The notes under the pieces were generated by a model. It made no database searches and was not told where the DNA came from. It saw only the letters and a list, made by a program, of their open reading frames with translations. A stretch of 29,474 nt of DNA from Gammaproteobacteria bacterium (GTDB taxonomy: Bacteria > Pseudomonadota > Gammaproteobacteria > GCA-001735895), in contig JBNKUM010000072.1 in assembly GCA_050298595.1 (NCBI GenBank), positions 1-29,474 of the forward strand. The letters are read 5' to 3'. Positions 1 through 8,568 of the stretch are shown here, piece by piece. The translations under genes were made by a program, and so were the position numbers. Each line of letters opens with the position of its first letter. The first letter of the stretch is position 1.

Positions 1-20
1 CGCAGCGCAAATCCATCCAT

Positions 21-224
21 TCACTCATCACCGATGACAAACAAACCCAGTTCAACGACTATTCTTGAGAGCAGGTCTATGAACGAAATAGCAAGCTCAG
101 CGCTCTCAATACTGAATATCGAAAACACCACTACAGTTAGAATTGCCAGGATCAGAGGGTTTTTGAATACCGTTGCAAACAGACCAGCTAGCACTTTCAA
201 CAGAGCTAAGGGAAAAGGTGTCAT
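21..224 (-). CDS. Small hydrophobic (probable membrane) hypothetical protein, 67 aa
   Basis: ATG-started ORF, almost entirely hydrophobic. Its TGA is followed immediately by an ATG (TGAATG, ATG at 20) opening a reading frame (MDGFALR...) that runs off the window, which suggests a packed operon. No recognisable family and only a weak RBS. Confidence 0.5.
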   Translation of the reverse strand: MTPFPLALLKVLAGLFATVFKNPLILAILTVVVFSIFSIESAELAISFIDLLSRIVVELGLFVIGDE

Positions 225-478
225 AGCAGTGAATTCTACCAGGCCCGTAGCGAGGGGGGGGGTAGCCGATTATCAGGGAATTGGAAAAGCTTCCCCCCCC
301 CCCATACCATAGCAGTAATACCTGCGCCAGGCAGGTGCCGGCTGATTAAAAATACAGCCAGTGAACCGACTCCCCAGGCTAACATAAAATCAATTTGAAT
401 AACTTCTCTTATTGAGCAGAAGACGAAGTTCTGCTCATGAGGCTGGGCGTTTTAGTTTTCGATATTTTAAAAAACCAG

Positions 479-786
479 GGCCTGTTAACACTAATTTAAT
501 TACCACTGCTGGAGACCATTTTTTCTTCCAGCAAGGCAGAAGGAGTGCTGTGTAGTCATTCTACATAAGCGACTGATAACGCCGCTGGAGGGAAAATGGT
601 CCCAGCCCTTCGGGTTGAGGTTTAAAATCGCCACTCGTTGTTGCCTACATGGACGTAGGTAAGGAGCGTGAGCAGGAGTGGAAGCTTTGCTCGTCGCTCA
701 TTTGGAGTGACCAAACCACGCTTCTCGCGCCTAGATTGGCGGTTTTTAAACCTCAACAGTGGTAATTAAATTAGTGTTAACAGGCC
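479..786. mobile_element. MITE-like non-autonomous element, about 308 bp, with perfect terminal inverted repeats
   Basis: 477-508 AGGGCCTGTTAACACTAATTTAATTACCACTG is the exact reverse complement of 757-788 (32 bp including flank bases). Flanks CCAG (475-478) and CTAG (787-790) look like a near-duplicated target. No ORF of 60 aa or more inside. Internal inverted repeats at 508-532/584-606 and 614-633/737-757. Confidence 0.85.
641..686 (+). other. 46-bp twin-hairpin insert with GGA loops nested in the MITE
   Basis: TTGC is duplicated at 641-644 and 687-690. Hairpin TTGCCTAC-ATGGAC-GTAGGTAA is followed by a weaker hairpin around GCAGGAGT. Removing the insert restores an ungapped alignment between the two internal arms of the MITE. 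Confidence 0.7.
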
Positions 787-2301
787 CTAGGGCGTCATCT
801 GTTGAATTTTTTGCTTCCATAAAGCAGGACCTGTCTGATGCACCGAAGTACCCTGACTATCGACTGCCACGGTAACCGGCATATCGCTCACCTCAAATTC
901 ATAGATAGCTTCCATACCCAGCTCCTCGAAAGCGATAACACGTGCCGACTTAATAGCTTTGGAAACCAGATAAGCCGCGCCACCCACAGCCATCAGATAA
1001 GCCGCCTTGTGTTGCTTGATAGATTCTATAGCAACAAGTCCACGTTCTGCCTTACCTACCATACCAATGAGCCCTGTTTTTGAAAGCATCATATCGGTGA
1101 ACTTATCCATACGTGTCGATGTAGTCGGTCCGGCAGGCCCAACGGCTTCATCGCGTACCGGATCAACCGGCCCCACGTAGTAAATCAGTTTATTGGTGAA
1201 ATCAACGCCCTCGGGCAGACCCTGACCTGATTCCAGTAGCTCCTGAATACGCTTATGCGCAGCATCTCGACCAGTTAATAACTTGCCGTTTAATAACAGA
1301 CGATCTCCCGGCTGCCAGCTTTGTACTTCTTCAGGCGTCAAGGTATCTAGATTGACACGTTTAGATTCCTCGCTGATTTCCCAGGTGACTTGTGGCCAGT
1401 CCTCAAGTTTAGGTGGAGTGAGTACGGCCGGACCAGTTCCATCCAGAGTAAACTCTATATGTCGGGTAGCCGCGCAGTTGGGGATCATCGCAACAGGCAA
1501 GGAAGCGGCATGAGTCGGATATTCGGCAATCTTCACATCTACAACAGTTGTTAATCCCCCCAGGCCCTGTGCGCCGATTCCTAAAGCATTCACCTTCTCG
1601 TAGATTTCCAGGCGCAGGCGTTCACTAGCCGTTTTGGCCCCCCTATCATATAAATCCTGAATATCCACTGGCCCCATTAACGATTCTTTCGCTAATAACA
1701 TGGCCTTTTCGGCTGTGCCACCAATGCCTATACCCAGAATACCTGGTGGGCACCAGCCAGCCCCCATAGTCGGTAGTGTATTAACGACCCAGTCCACAAG
1801 GCTATCGCTTGGATTCAGAATGGTAAACTTAGATTTATTTTCTGAACCACCACCCTTGGCAGCCAGTGCAATTTCCAGATGATCACCGGGTACAATCTCG
1901 GTATACAGAATTGCCGGGGTATTGTCTTTGGTATTCATACGAGCGCCAATAGGTGGAGACACCATAGATGCACGTAATTTATTATCTGGATTCATATAGG
2001 CTTCACGAACCCCCTGATCAACCATCTGTTGCAGACTCATATCGCTCTGCCACTGAATATTCATACCGACCTTCATAAACACTACAACTGCCCCCGTATC
2101 CTGACAGATAGGCCGGTGCCCTTCGGCACACATGCGAGAATTGGTCAGGATTTGTGCGAGTGCATCTTTCGCCGCAGGTGATTCTTCTTTCTCCCAGGCA
2201 CGCCCAACTGCCTGGATATAATCCAGCGGATGATAATAAGAGATAAACTGCAATGCATCAGCAATGCTAGAAATAAGGTCGTCTTGCTTAATAATCGTCA
2301 T
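787..2301 (-). CDS. fumA: Class I (Fe-S) fumarate hydratase
   Basis: Motifs PICQDTG, KGGGSEN, GWCPPG, GRDAAH and GPTTSTRM. ATG at 2301 (MTIIKQDD) preferred over the GTG at 2310. Confidence 0.93.
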   Translation of the reverse strand: MTIIKQDDLISSIADALQFISYYHPLDYIQAVGRAWEKEESPAAKDALAQILTNSRMCAEGHRPICQDTGAVVVFMKVGMNIQWQSDMSLQQMVDQGVREAYMNPDNKLRASMVSPPIGARMNTKDNTPAILYTEIVPGDHLEIALAAKGGGSENKSKFTILNPSDSLVDWVVNTLPTMGAGWCPPGILGIGIGGTAEKAMLLAKESLMGPVDIQDLYDRGAKTASERLRLEIYEKVNALGIGAQGLGGLTTVVDVKIAEYPTHAASLPVAMIPNCAATRHIEFTLDGTGPAVLTPPKLEDWPQVTWEISEESKRVNLDTLTPEEVQSWQPGDRLLLNGKLLTGRDAAHKRIQELLESGQGLPEGVDFTNKLIYYVGPVDPVRDEAVGPAGPTTSTRMDKFTDMMLSKTGLIGMVGKAERGLVAIESIKQHKAAYLMAVGGAAYLVSKAIKSARVIAFEELGMEAIYEFEVSDMPVTVAVDSQGTSVHQTGPALWKQKIQQMTP

Positions 2302-2487
2302 GAATTCCACGCTACCAGAGGTTGGTTATTAGAGTTTGATTTTTTATAGCTATAGGGTACAGGGCCAATAAAAGACTATCAAAAAGCAGGTCTGTAGAAC
2401 CAGCCTGTAGCTAGACTTTTACTGAATATTCATAGTATCAAGGCAGTATAGATAGAAGTCTGTCATAAGATCAGTAAGAGATAAGGT

Positions 2488-2524
2488 CACCTGACCGATA
2501 CCCTGAAAGGGTACCGGTCAGGTG
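2488..2524 (-). terminator. Strong stem-loop downstream of htpG (possible terminator or 3' stabiliser)
   Basis: CACCTGACCG-ATACCCT-GAA-AGGGTAC-CGGTCAGGTG forms a 17-bp stem (one G-U on the minus strand) 24 nt after the htpG stop. The U-tract is weak. Confidence 0.55.
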
Positions 2525-2548
2525 GAGATATTAAAGATTAAAATGAAT

Positions 2549-4447
2549 TTACGCGGTGACTCCCGCCAGCATTTCATTCAGTTTATGTACAAAACTGGCA
2601 GGATCATCCAGCTGACCGCCCTCTGCCAGAATGGCCTGGTCGAATAAAAACTCAGATAGATCTTTGAACTTATCATCCGCTTTTTCCTGATCCAGTTTTT
2701 TAACAATCGGATGGTCGGTATTAATCTCCAAAATCGGTTTACTACCGGGCATTGCATGACCGGCTTCTTTCAACAGACGTTGCATATACATCGCCATATC
2801 ATGATCTTTCAACACAATACAGGCAGGCGAAGTAGTCAGTCGATTGGTAACACGAACCTCATCAACCTTTTCACTAAGAGCATCTTTCATACGCTTGAGT
2901 AAATCTTTTGACTCCTTGGCTTTTTCTTCCAGTTCTTTTTTGGAATCTTCATCCTTATCCAGATCCAGCTCACCCTTGGCAACCGACTGTAATGACTTAC
3001 CTTCGTATTCCGTCAAATGAGAAGTTAACCATTCATCTACACGATCGGATAGCAATAACACTTCGATACCTTTCTTACGGAAGATTTCCAGATGTGGGCT
3101 GTTCTTGGCGGCTGAGTGGCTATCGGCAGCAATAAAGTAAATCTTGTCCTGCCCTTCCTGCATGCGCGAGATATAATCATCCAGAGATACATTCTGTTCT
3201 TCAGCATCGCTATGTGTAGAGGCGAAACGCAGTAGTTTTGCAATCTTGTCGCGATTGGCAAAATCTTCACCTGGACCTTCTTTCAGTACCTTACCAAATT
3301 CTTTCCAGAATTCCTGGTACTGCTTGGGATCATTCTTCGCCATTTTTTCCAGCATGCCCAGTACTTTTTTGACCGAACCGTTTTTGATGCTGTCGATAAC
3401 CTTGCTGCTTTGCAGGATTTCACGCGAAACGTTAAGGGGTAAAGAGCTGGAATCCACCAGACCGCGTACAAAGCGTAAATACTTGGGCATCAATTGCTCT
3501 GAATCTTCAAGAATAAATACACGCTGAACGTAGAGTTTAATGCCATGCTTTGATTCACGATCATACAGGTCGAAAGGTGCACGTTTAGGCAGGTATAACA
3601 GTGAGGTATATTCGTTATTGCCTTCAACCCGGTTGTGTGACCATTGCAGTGGTTCTTCAAAATCATGCGAGACATGTTTATAAAATTCCTTATATTCATC
3701 ATCGCTGATGTCTGATTTGGAACGTGTCCATAGGGCAGATGCCTGATTAACCATTTCCTCTTCAATGGTAGTTTCACCACCCTCTTCTTCTGGCTCGATC
3801 ACTTTATCCATCAACACAGGGAAGCCAATATGGTCGCTGTACTGGGTAATGATTGAACGCAGTTTCCAGTCATTGGCAAATTCAACATCATCTTCACGCA
3901 GGTGCAGGGTGACTTCGGTACCACGATCAGCTTTTTCTATGCTTTCGATTTCGTAATTACCTTTACCTTCAGATGTCCAGCACACACCATTTTCTGCAGC
4001 TTCACCAGCTTTTCGGGTTTTCAACGTAACCTTATCAGCGACGATAAAAGAAGAATAAAAACCAACACCAAACTGACCGATTAAATTGGCATCATTGGTC
4101 TTGTCTTTGGACATGGAATCGAGGAATGAGCGCGTTCCTGACTTGGCTATGGTACCGATATGCTCGATAACCTCTTCCCTGCTCATACCCACACCGTTAT
4201 CGCTGATAGTAATGGTCTTTTCATCTGCATTAACCGATACCTTAATTTTCAGGTCGATATCTTTTTCGTACAGACTGTCGTCAGAAAGCGCCAGGAAACG
4301 TAACTTGTCGCAGGCATCTGAAGCATTTGAAATTAATTCACGCAGGAAAATCTCCTTATTCGAATACAGGCTGTGGATCATTAAATCCAGCAGCTGATTG
4401 ACTTCGGTTTCAAAACCACGGGTTTCAGTGTTTGCTTCAACACTCAT
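2549..4447 (-). CDS. htpG: Molecular chaperone HtpG (Hsp90)
   Basis: [29 protein letters not shown] and LPLNVSRE motifs. ATG at 4447 has a GAGGAG RBS, so the ORF-track extension to 4522 is probably UTR. Confidence 0.97.
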   Translation of the reverse strand: MSVEANTETRGFETEVNQLLDLMIHSLYSNKEIFLRELISNASDACDKLRFLALSDDSLYEKDIDLKIKVSVNADEKTITISDNGVGMSREEVIEHIGTIAKSGTRSFLDSMSKDKTNDANLIGQFGVGFYSSFIVADKVTLKTRKAGEAAENGVCWTSEGKGNYEIESIEKADRGTEVTLHLREDDVEFANDWKLRSIITQYSDHIGFPVLMDKVIEPEEEGGETTIEEEMVNQASALWTRSKSDISDDEYKEFYKHVSHDFEEPLQWSHNRVEGNNEYTSLLYLPKRAPFDLYDRESKHGIKLYVQRVFILEDSEQLMPKYLRFVRGLVDSSSLPLNVSREILQSSKVIDSIKNGSVKKVLGMLEKMAKNDPKQYQEFWKEFGKVLKEGPGEDFANRDKIAKLLRFASTHSDAEEQNVSLDDYISRMQEGQDKIYFIAADSHSAAKNSPHLEIFRKKGIEVLLLSDRVDEWLTSHLTEYEGKSLQSVAKGELDLDKDEDSKKELEEKAKESKDLLKRMKDALSEKVDEVRVTNRLTTSPACIVLKDHDMAMYMQRLLKEAGHAMPGSKPILEINTDHPIVKKLDQEKADDKFKDLSEFLFDQAILAEGGQLDDPASFVHKLNEMLAGVTA

Positions 4448-4529
4448 TGTGTTCTCCTCATAATTTTCAGGTTTGTGAGTTGCCCCCGGCCATACATCAT
4501 CTGAGCCGGGGTACGAATTCATCTCCCTA

Positions 4530-4557
4530 ATATGAGGTTGTTCGACATTTATTCAAG
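4530..4557 (-). promoter_or_regulatory. Sigma-32 (RpoH) heat-shock promoter of htpG
   Basis: Minus strand reads CTTGAA-N14-CCTCATAT, close to the RpoH consensus CTTGAA-N13-17-CCCCATNT, upstream of a classic RpoH target gene. Confidence 0.8.
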
Positions 4558-4571
4558 AGATAGTTATACAG

Positions 4572-6320
4572 TTAATGGGTGTTTTGTATCAACCACAACT
4601 GCTGAATATTATGGCGTAACACCGAGCGCCGAGCTGGTTCCTGTGTAATCGCCAAAAGCGACTGATAAATTCTTCGAGCATCGTCAACCAGACCCGCTTT
4701 TTGCAGGCTTTCTGCAGCAGAAAACCTTGCAGTCTGAGCCCAGGGATCCATCGCGTCGGGTCCTATAAACATGGCCGACTGAAGATACAGCAGTGCAGCT
4801 CGCTCGTATTGTTCCAGCCCCTTGAAAGAGTCTCCCATCCAGAAAAGGATTTCTCGTTTTTGTCTGGGCTCTATGCTTAGACTCATCAATCGCCTGAAAT
4901 AGCCAATTGCCTGCTCATTCTGACCGATGGTTTGCATATCAAATAGCACCTGTAGGATGCGGTCGGTATCTTCCTTATTTACTTCGCTATATGTCTTGAA
5001 AAGCTCATCCAGTACCTGATTACCCTGTTCATATTTGCCCCCCAACAGTAAAACCCGAGCCTGGCGTAATAACCAGTCAAACTCTCGAGTATCGGTCGGT
5101 ACACTATGCAAATCGCTCATCAGGCGGGTTGCTTCAGAGATGTCAGCCTGCTTTAGCGCCTGATCAACCAGTTGAAAGCGAATATCAACAGGAATGGATG
5201 AAGCCTGTTTGAAGCGATCACTGCGATTAAAAAGATTATCCAGTAATTGCTGATTTTCCGGCTTTTCCAGATCCAGTGATTTCAGGAACGCAATTGCCGC
5301 CTGTTTGCGAATCTCAGACTGGTTGCTTTCAGTCATTAAAAAAACCAGCAAGCTACGTGATTTGACAGGTGTCGGCTGAGCAACCTTAAGAGCCAACTCT
5401 AACCAGCTGCCATCATCTCCACGTAATAGTTCACTCCGATTTCCAACCTGTTGAGCATAGTCGTAATACGCCTGCCATAATTGATCAGCTGTAATTGTAT
5501 AAAGACTATCGACTGCTTCAGCTTTAATTCCTAGCCTGGCTTCCAGTGCAACGACCTGTTTTACGGGGTTGATATCCTGTGCCGCAATAGCTGCAATCGA
5601 CCAGTAGGTTGCTAATTGCTCAGGGTCATCTTTTACAGCCTCGATTCGTTTTTCGCATAAATCCCACATGCTTTGCGCGGTATGCTGCTTATTACGATAC
5701 TCAGCCAGCAACTTCATCGCCAGAGATTTCCAACCAAGACGGTTGGATAAAACATCTATAGCTTCGTCATATCGTTGCGCCTGCATCAACACTCTGGCAC
5801 GTAATAATATCCAGTCTTTATCACCCTGTTGAAAATCCTGCTGAAAACGCAACATCGCAATACGGGCATCATCGATGCGGTTTTCATTCAAATAGGTTTC
5901 TATCAGTAACTGACGCCAATTTTTATACTCACTAGAACTACCCGCATCCACATTCCATAGTCTTTCTCGTAGAAGGGCTTGAGCAGTTTTGTTTTGTCCC
6001 AACTCAATATAGGCACGTATCTGATAGCTACTGGCCTGTTGATGAAATTGCTCCGGCAGATCTTTGGGCAGGGATTCGATACGTACCAGTAATTTATTCC
6101 ACTGTTTCCATTCGGTCAGTATCTTTAAACGCTCCTGCTCCCAGAGTATCCATTCATACAAATCCTGATCCACCCCGGGTTGAGCCTGTTCCAGCATTTT
6201 AAGCGTTAAAAATGGAGCGCCCGCTGCTGAAATATGCTTCAGGCTATCAAGCTGCTGGTTAGCGGATACTAAACTAAAGATCGATGTCAGTAAGAGTACT
6301 GACAGACAGGATTTTTTCAT
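4572..6320 (-). CDS. Secreted alpha-helical TPR-like hypothetical protein
   Basis: Long ORF with a signal-peptide-like start MKKSCLSVLLLTSIFSLVSA (ATG at 6320) and TPR-like helices such as ILFWMGDSFKGLEQYERAALLY. Function unknown. Confidence 0.75.
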   Translation of the reverse strand: MKKSCLSVLLLTSIFSLVSANQQLDSLKHISAAGAPFLTLKMLEQAQPGVDQDLYEWILWEQERLKILTEWKQWNKLLVRIESLPKDLPEQFHQQASSYQIRAYIELGQNKTAQALLRERLWNVDAGSSSEYKNWRQLLIETYLNENRIDDARIAMLRFQQDFQQGDKDWILLRARVLMQAQRYDEAIDVLSNRLGWKSLAMKLLAEYRNKQHTAQSMWDLCEKRIEAVKDDPEQLATYWSIAAIAAQDINPVKQVVALEARLGIKAEAVDSLYTITADQLWQAYYDYAQQVGNRSELLRGDDGSWLELALKVAQPTPVKSRSLLVFLMTESNQSEIRKQAAIAFLKSLDLEKPENQQLLDNLFNRSDRFKQASSIPVDIRFQLVDQALKQADISEATRLMSDLHSVPTDTREFDWLLRQARVLLLGGKYEQGNQVLDELFKTYSEVNKEDTDRILQVLFDMQTIGQNEQAIGYFRRLMSLSIEPRQKREILFWMGDSFKGLEQYERAALLYLQSAMFIGPDAMDPWAQTARFSAAESLQKAGLVDDARRIYQSLLAITQEPARRSVLRHNIQQLWLIQNTH

Positions 6321-6333
6321 AAATTCATGGCAT

Positions 6334-6368
6334 AAAAAAAGGTGTGACGCAAAAGCATACACACCTTT
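6334..6368 (-). terminator. Rho-independent terminator after rplS
   Basis: Minus strand AAAGGTGTG-tatgcttttgcgt-CACACC followed by T7. Confidence 0.7.
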
Positions 6369-6495
6369 ATTATTTTCTAAAAGTCACTCAAACGGTTTTC
6401 TCTTAAAAGCCTTGAGTTACTTCAAAAGTAAAATCAAAGAGATTTTCCGTAAAGCCTGGCAACAATAAAAAATGCTACAGCCAAACTTCTGAATG

Positions 6496-6840
6496 TTATA
6501 ACTTTTCTTTGATACGAGCTGCTCTACCAGTACGTCCACGCAGGTAATACAGCTTGGCACGACGTACTTTGCCACGACGTTTTACCTTTATTTCCGCAAC
6601 CATCGGGCTGTGGGTCTGGAATACACGCTCTACGCCTTCGCCGTTTGAAATCTTACGTACGTTGAATGCAGAGTTAATGCCGCGATTACGCTTGGCAATA
6701 ACAACACCTTCAAACGCCTGTAGACGCTCACGCTCACCTTCCTTTACTCTAACCTGAACCACAACAGTATCACCAGGACCAAATGCTGGCACATCCTGTT
6801 TTAACTGTTCAGCTTCCAGTTCTGCGATAATATTACTCAT
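6496..6840 (-). CDS. rplS: 50S ribosomal protein L19
   Basis: [17 protein letters not shown] and [14 protein letters not shown] motifs; conserved operon position. Confidence 0.98.
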   Translation of the reverse strand: MSNIIAELEAEQLKQDVPAFGPGDTVVVQVRVKEGERERLQAFEGVVIAKRNRGINSAFNVRKISNGEGVERVFQTHSPMVAEIKVKRRGKVRRAKLYYLRGRTGRAARIKEKL

Positions 6841-6861
6841 GATGTTTCCTCATATTTCAAT

Positions 6862-7611
6862 TCAATTCGACCTTGTCTTTTCAGACTCGGCTATAAAATC
6901 CTGAAGCAATGACTGCTGTCGTTCATCCAGTTGCAGGCCATTCAGTAAATCCGGTCTTTTCAACCAGGTTTTTCCAAGTGCCTGTTTATCACGCCAGTCC
7001 AGAATCTGCTGATGGTGACCATTCAACAGGACTTCCGGCACCTTGTGACCGTTTATTACTTCTGGCCGCGTATAATGCGGACAATCCAGAATACCCTGAC
7101 TAAAAGAATCCAGCTGAGCTGAATCCTGATGCCCCAGTACTCCGGGTATCTGTCGCGTAATGGCATCAATACACACCATTGCCGCTAATTCTCCACCACT
7201 GATTACATAATCACCAATGGACCATTCTTCATCAACTTCCTGTTGAATAATGCGCTCATCAATCCCTTCGTAACGACCGCATAAAAAAATCAATCGGTCT
7301 GACGAAGCAGCCTGATTAATCTGTTGCTGCTTTAACAAACTACCTTGCGGACTAAGATAAATCAGTTTTGCATCCGGGCTTTGCTGCTTTACCGCTCGGA
7401 TACAGGCCTGCAAAGGCTCAACCTTCATCAACATACCCGGGCCTCCACCATAAGGACGGTCATCAACCGTTCTATGTTTATCGGTGGTGTAATCACGCGG
7501 ATTCCACACAACCAGATCAAACAAGCCCTTGTCTGCGGCCCTGCCCACTACGCCATGCTGTATCACTGCTGTTACCAGTTCTGGAAACAGGGTGATGACG
7601 TCAATGCGCAT
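6862..7611 (-). CDS. trmD: tRNA (guanine-37-N1)-methyltransferase
   Basis: [22 protein letters not shown] and [11 protein letters not shown] motifs. Confidence 0.98.
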   Translation of the reverse strand: MRIDVITLFPELVTAVIQHGVVGRAADKGLFDLVVWNPRDYTTDKHRTVDDRPYGGGPGMLMKVEPLQACIRAVKQQSPDAKLIYLSPQGSLLKQQQINQAASSDRLIFLCGRYEGIDERIIQQEVDEEWSIGDYVISGGELAAMVCIDAITRQIPGVLGHQDSAQLDSFSQGILDCPHYTRPEVINGHKVPEVLLNGHHQQILDWRDKQALGKTWLKRPDLLNGLQLDERQQSLLQDFIAESEKTRSN

Positions 7612-7613
7612 AC

Positions 7614-8123
7614 TTAATAATCTACGTTCCAGTCAACCTGAATCTGTTGTTTTTGCAGATCAACCGACTTAACTACATCATCCAGCACGTAGGGAATTAA
7701 CCGTTCCCGGTCACCCTGTACCACCATGACATCGTTTGCACCTGTCTCAATCATATGATCGATGATACCCAGGTCATCTCCTTCCAGATTTATCACCTGC
7801 AAGCCCGTCAACTGACTCCAGTAGTACTCACCGGCTGACAGTTCTGGCAACTGATGGCGATAAATCAAAATCTCGGCACCATGCATTTCTTCAGCCTGAT
7901 CACGATCTGAGATACAGCTCAGATCGGCAATTACATTCTTTCCCTGGCGCCTGCCGGTTACTTCAGCAACCTGCTCAACACCCGCATGCCGTATTATCCA
8001 GGGGCTGTAATTTAAAATATTTTCTCTGGGGCTGGTATTTGAGTAAACCCTGACCTGCCCCCTGACTCCATGCACTCCAAGAATATGACCCACGGAGATC
8101 AGGTCATCATCAGACTGAGACAT
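7614..8123 (-). CDS. rimM: Ribosome maturation factor RimM
   Basis: [15 protein letters not shown] and ETGANDV motifs; lies between rpsP and trmD. Confidence 0.96.
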   Translation of the reverse strand: MSQSDDDLISVGHILGVHGVRGQVRVYSNTSPRENILNYSPWIIRHAGVEQVAEVTGRRQGKNVIADLSCISDRDQAEEMHGAEILIYRHQLPELSAGEYYWSQLTGLQVINLEGDDLGIIDHMIETGANDVMVVQGDRERLIPYVLDDVVKSVDLQKQQIQVDWNVDY

Positions 8124-8137
8124 CGAATCGACTTATA

Positions 8138-8386
8138 CTATGCCGCTTTTTTAACTGCTTTAATCAGGCTGGCAACACGATCAGTCGGTTGAGCACCTTT
8201 AGATAGCCAGTAATCCACACGGTCTGTATCCAGACGAAATTCTTCTGTTGCACCAGCAGCACCAGGATTAAAAAACCCAACGCGCTCAATGTAACGACCA
8301 TCGCGTGAACTGCGGCTATCACTCACCACAACTTGATAAAACGGACGTCTCTTAGAGCCGCCACGAGACAAACGAATTGAAACCAT
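8138..8386 (-). CDS. rpsP: 30S ribosomal protein S16
   Basis: [17 protein letters not shown] and [14 protein letters not shown]. Start at ATG 8386 with an upstream TAGGGG RBS. Confidence 0.97.
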   Translation of the reverse strand: MVSIRLSRGGSKRRPFYQVVVSDSRSSRDGRYIERVGFFNPGAAGATEEFRLDTDRVDYWLSKGAQPTDRVASLIKAVKKAA

Positions 8387-8568
8387 TATATAAACCCCTA
8401 ATTTGTCGTCAGACAATAGAAAACCGCCTGACTACCTGTGTCAGGAAACCGGGTATTGTACCCATGTGGATGCATTTGTGAAGAAATAAAACGTGTTTTT
8501 AACAGTATATACGTGTTTATTTTAAATTTTTTTTCGGTAACGGAAATTTTAAGCTTTAAATTTCCAGT

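Noticed and set aside
34-312. 92-aa plus-strand ORF
   Set aside because: Antisense to the 67-aa ORF, runs through the G/C homopolymers, and has no recognisable features.
376-400. Minus-strand TTATGTTAGCC resembling a XerD half-site or integron core site
   Set aside because: No XerC half-site at the right spacing and no attC-like pairing partner or integrase seen.
4448-4522. N-terminal extension of HtpG in the ORF track (likewise the extensions of rpsP, dapA and the TPR protein)
   Set aside because: Downstream ATGs match family starts or have better RBSs, and the TPR extension overlaps a terminator.
8417-8568. AT-rich imperfect palindromes between ffh and rpsP as an RNA gene (for example SRP RNA)
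   Set aside because: No SRP RNA consensus seen; consistent with ordinary terminator and promoter sequence.
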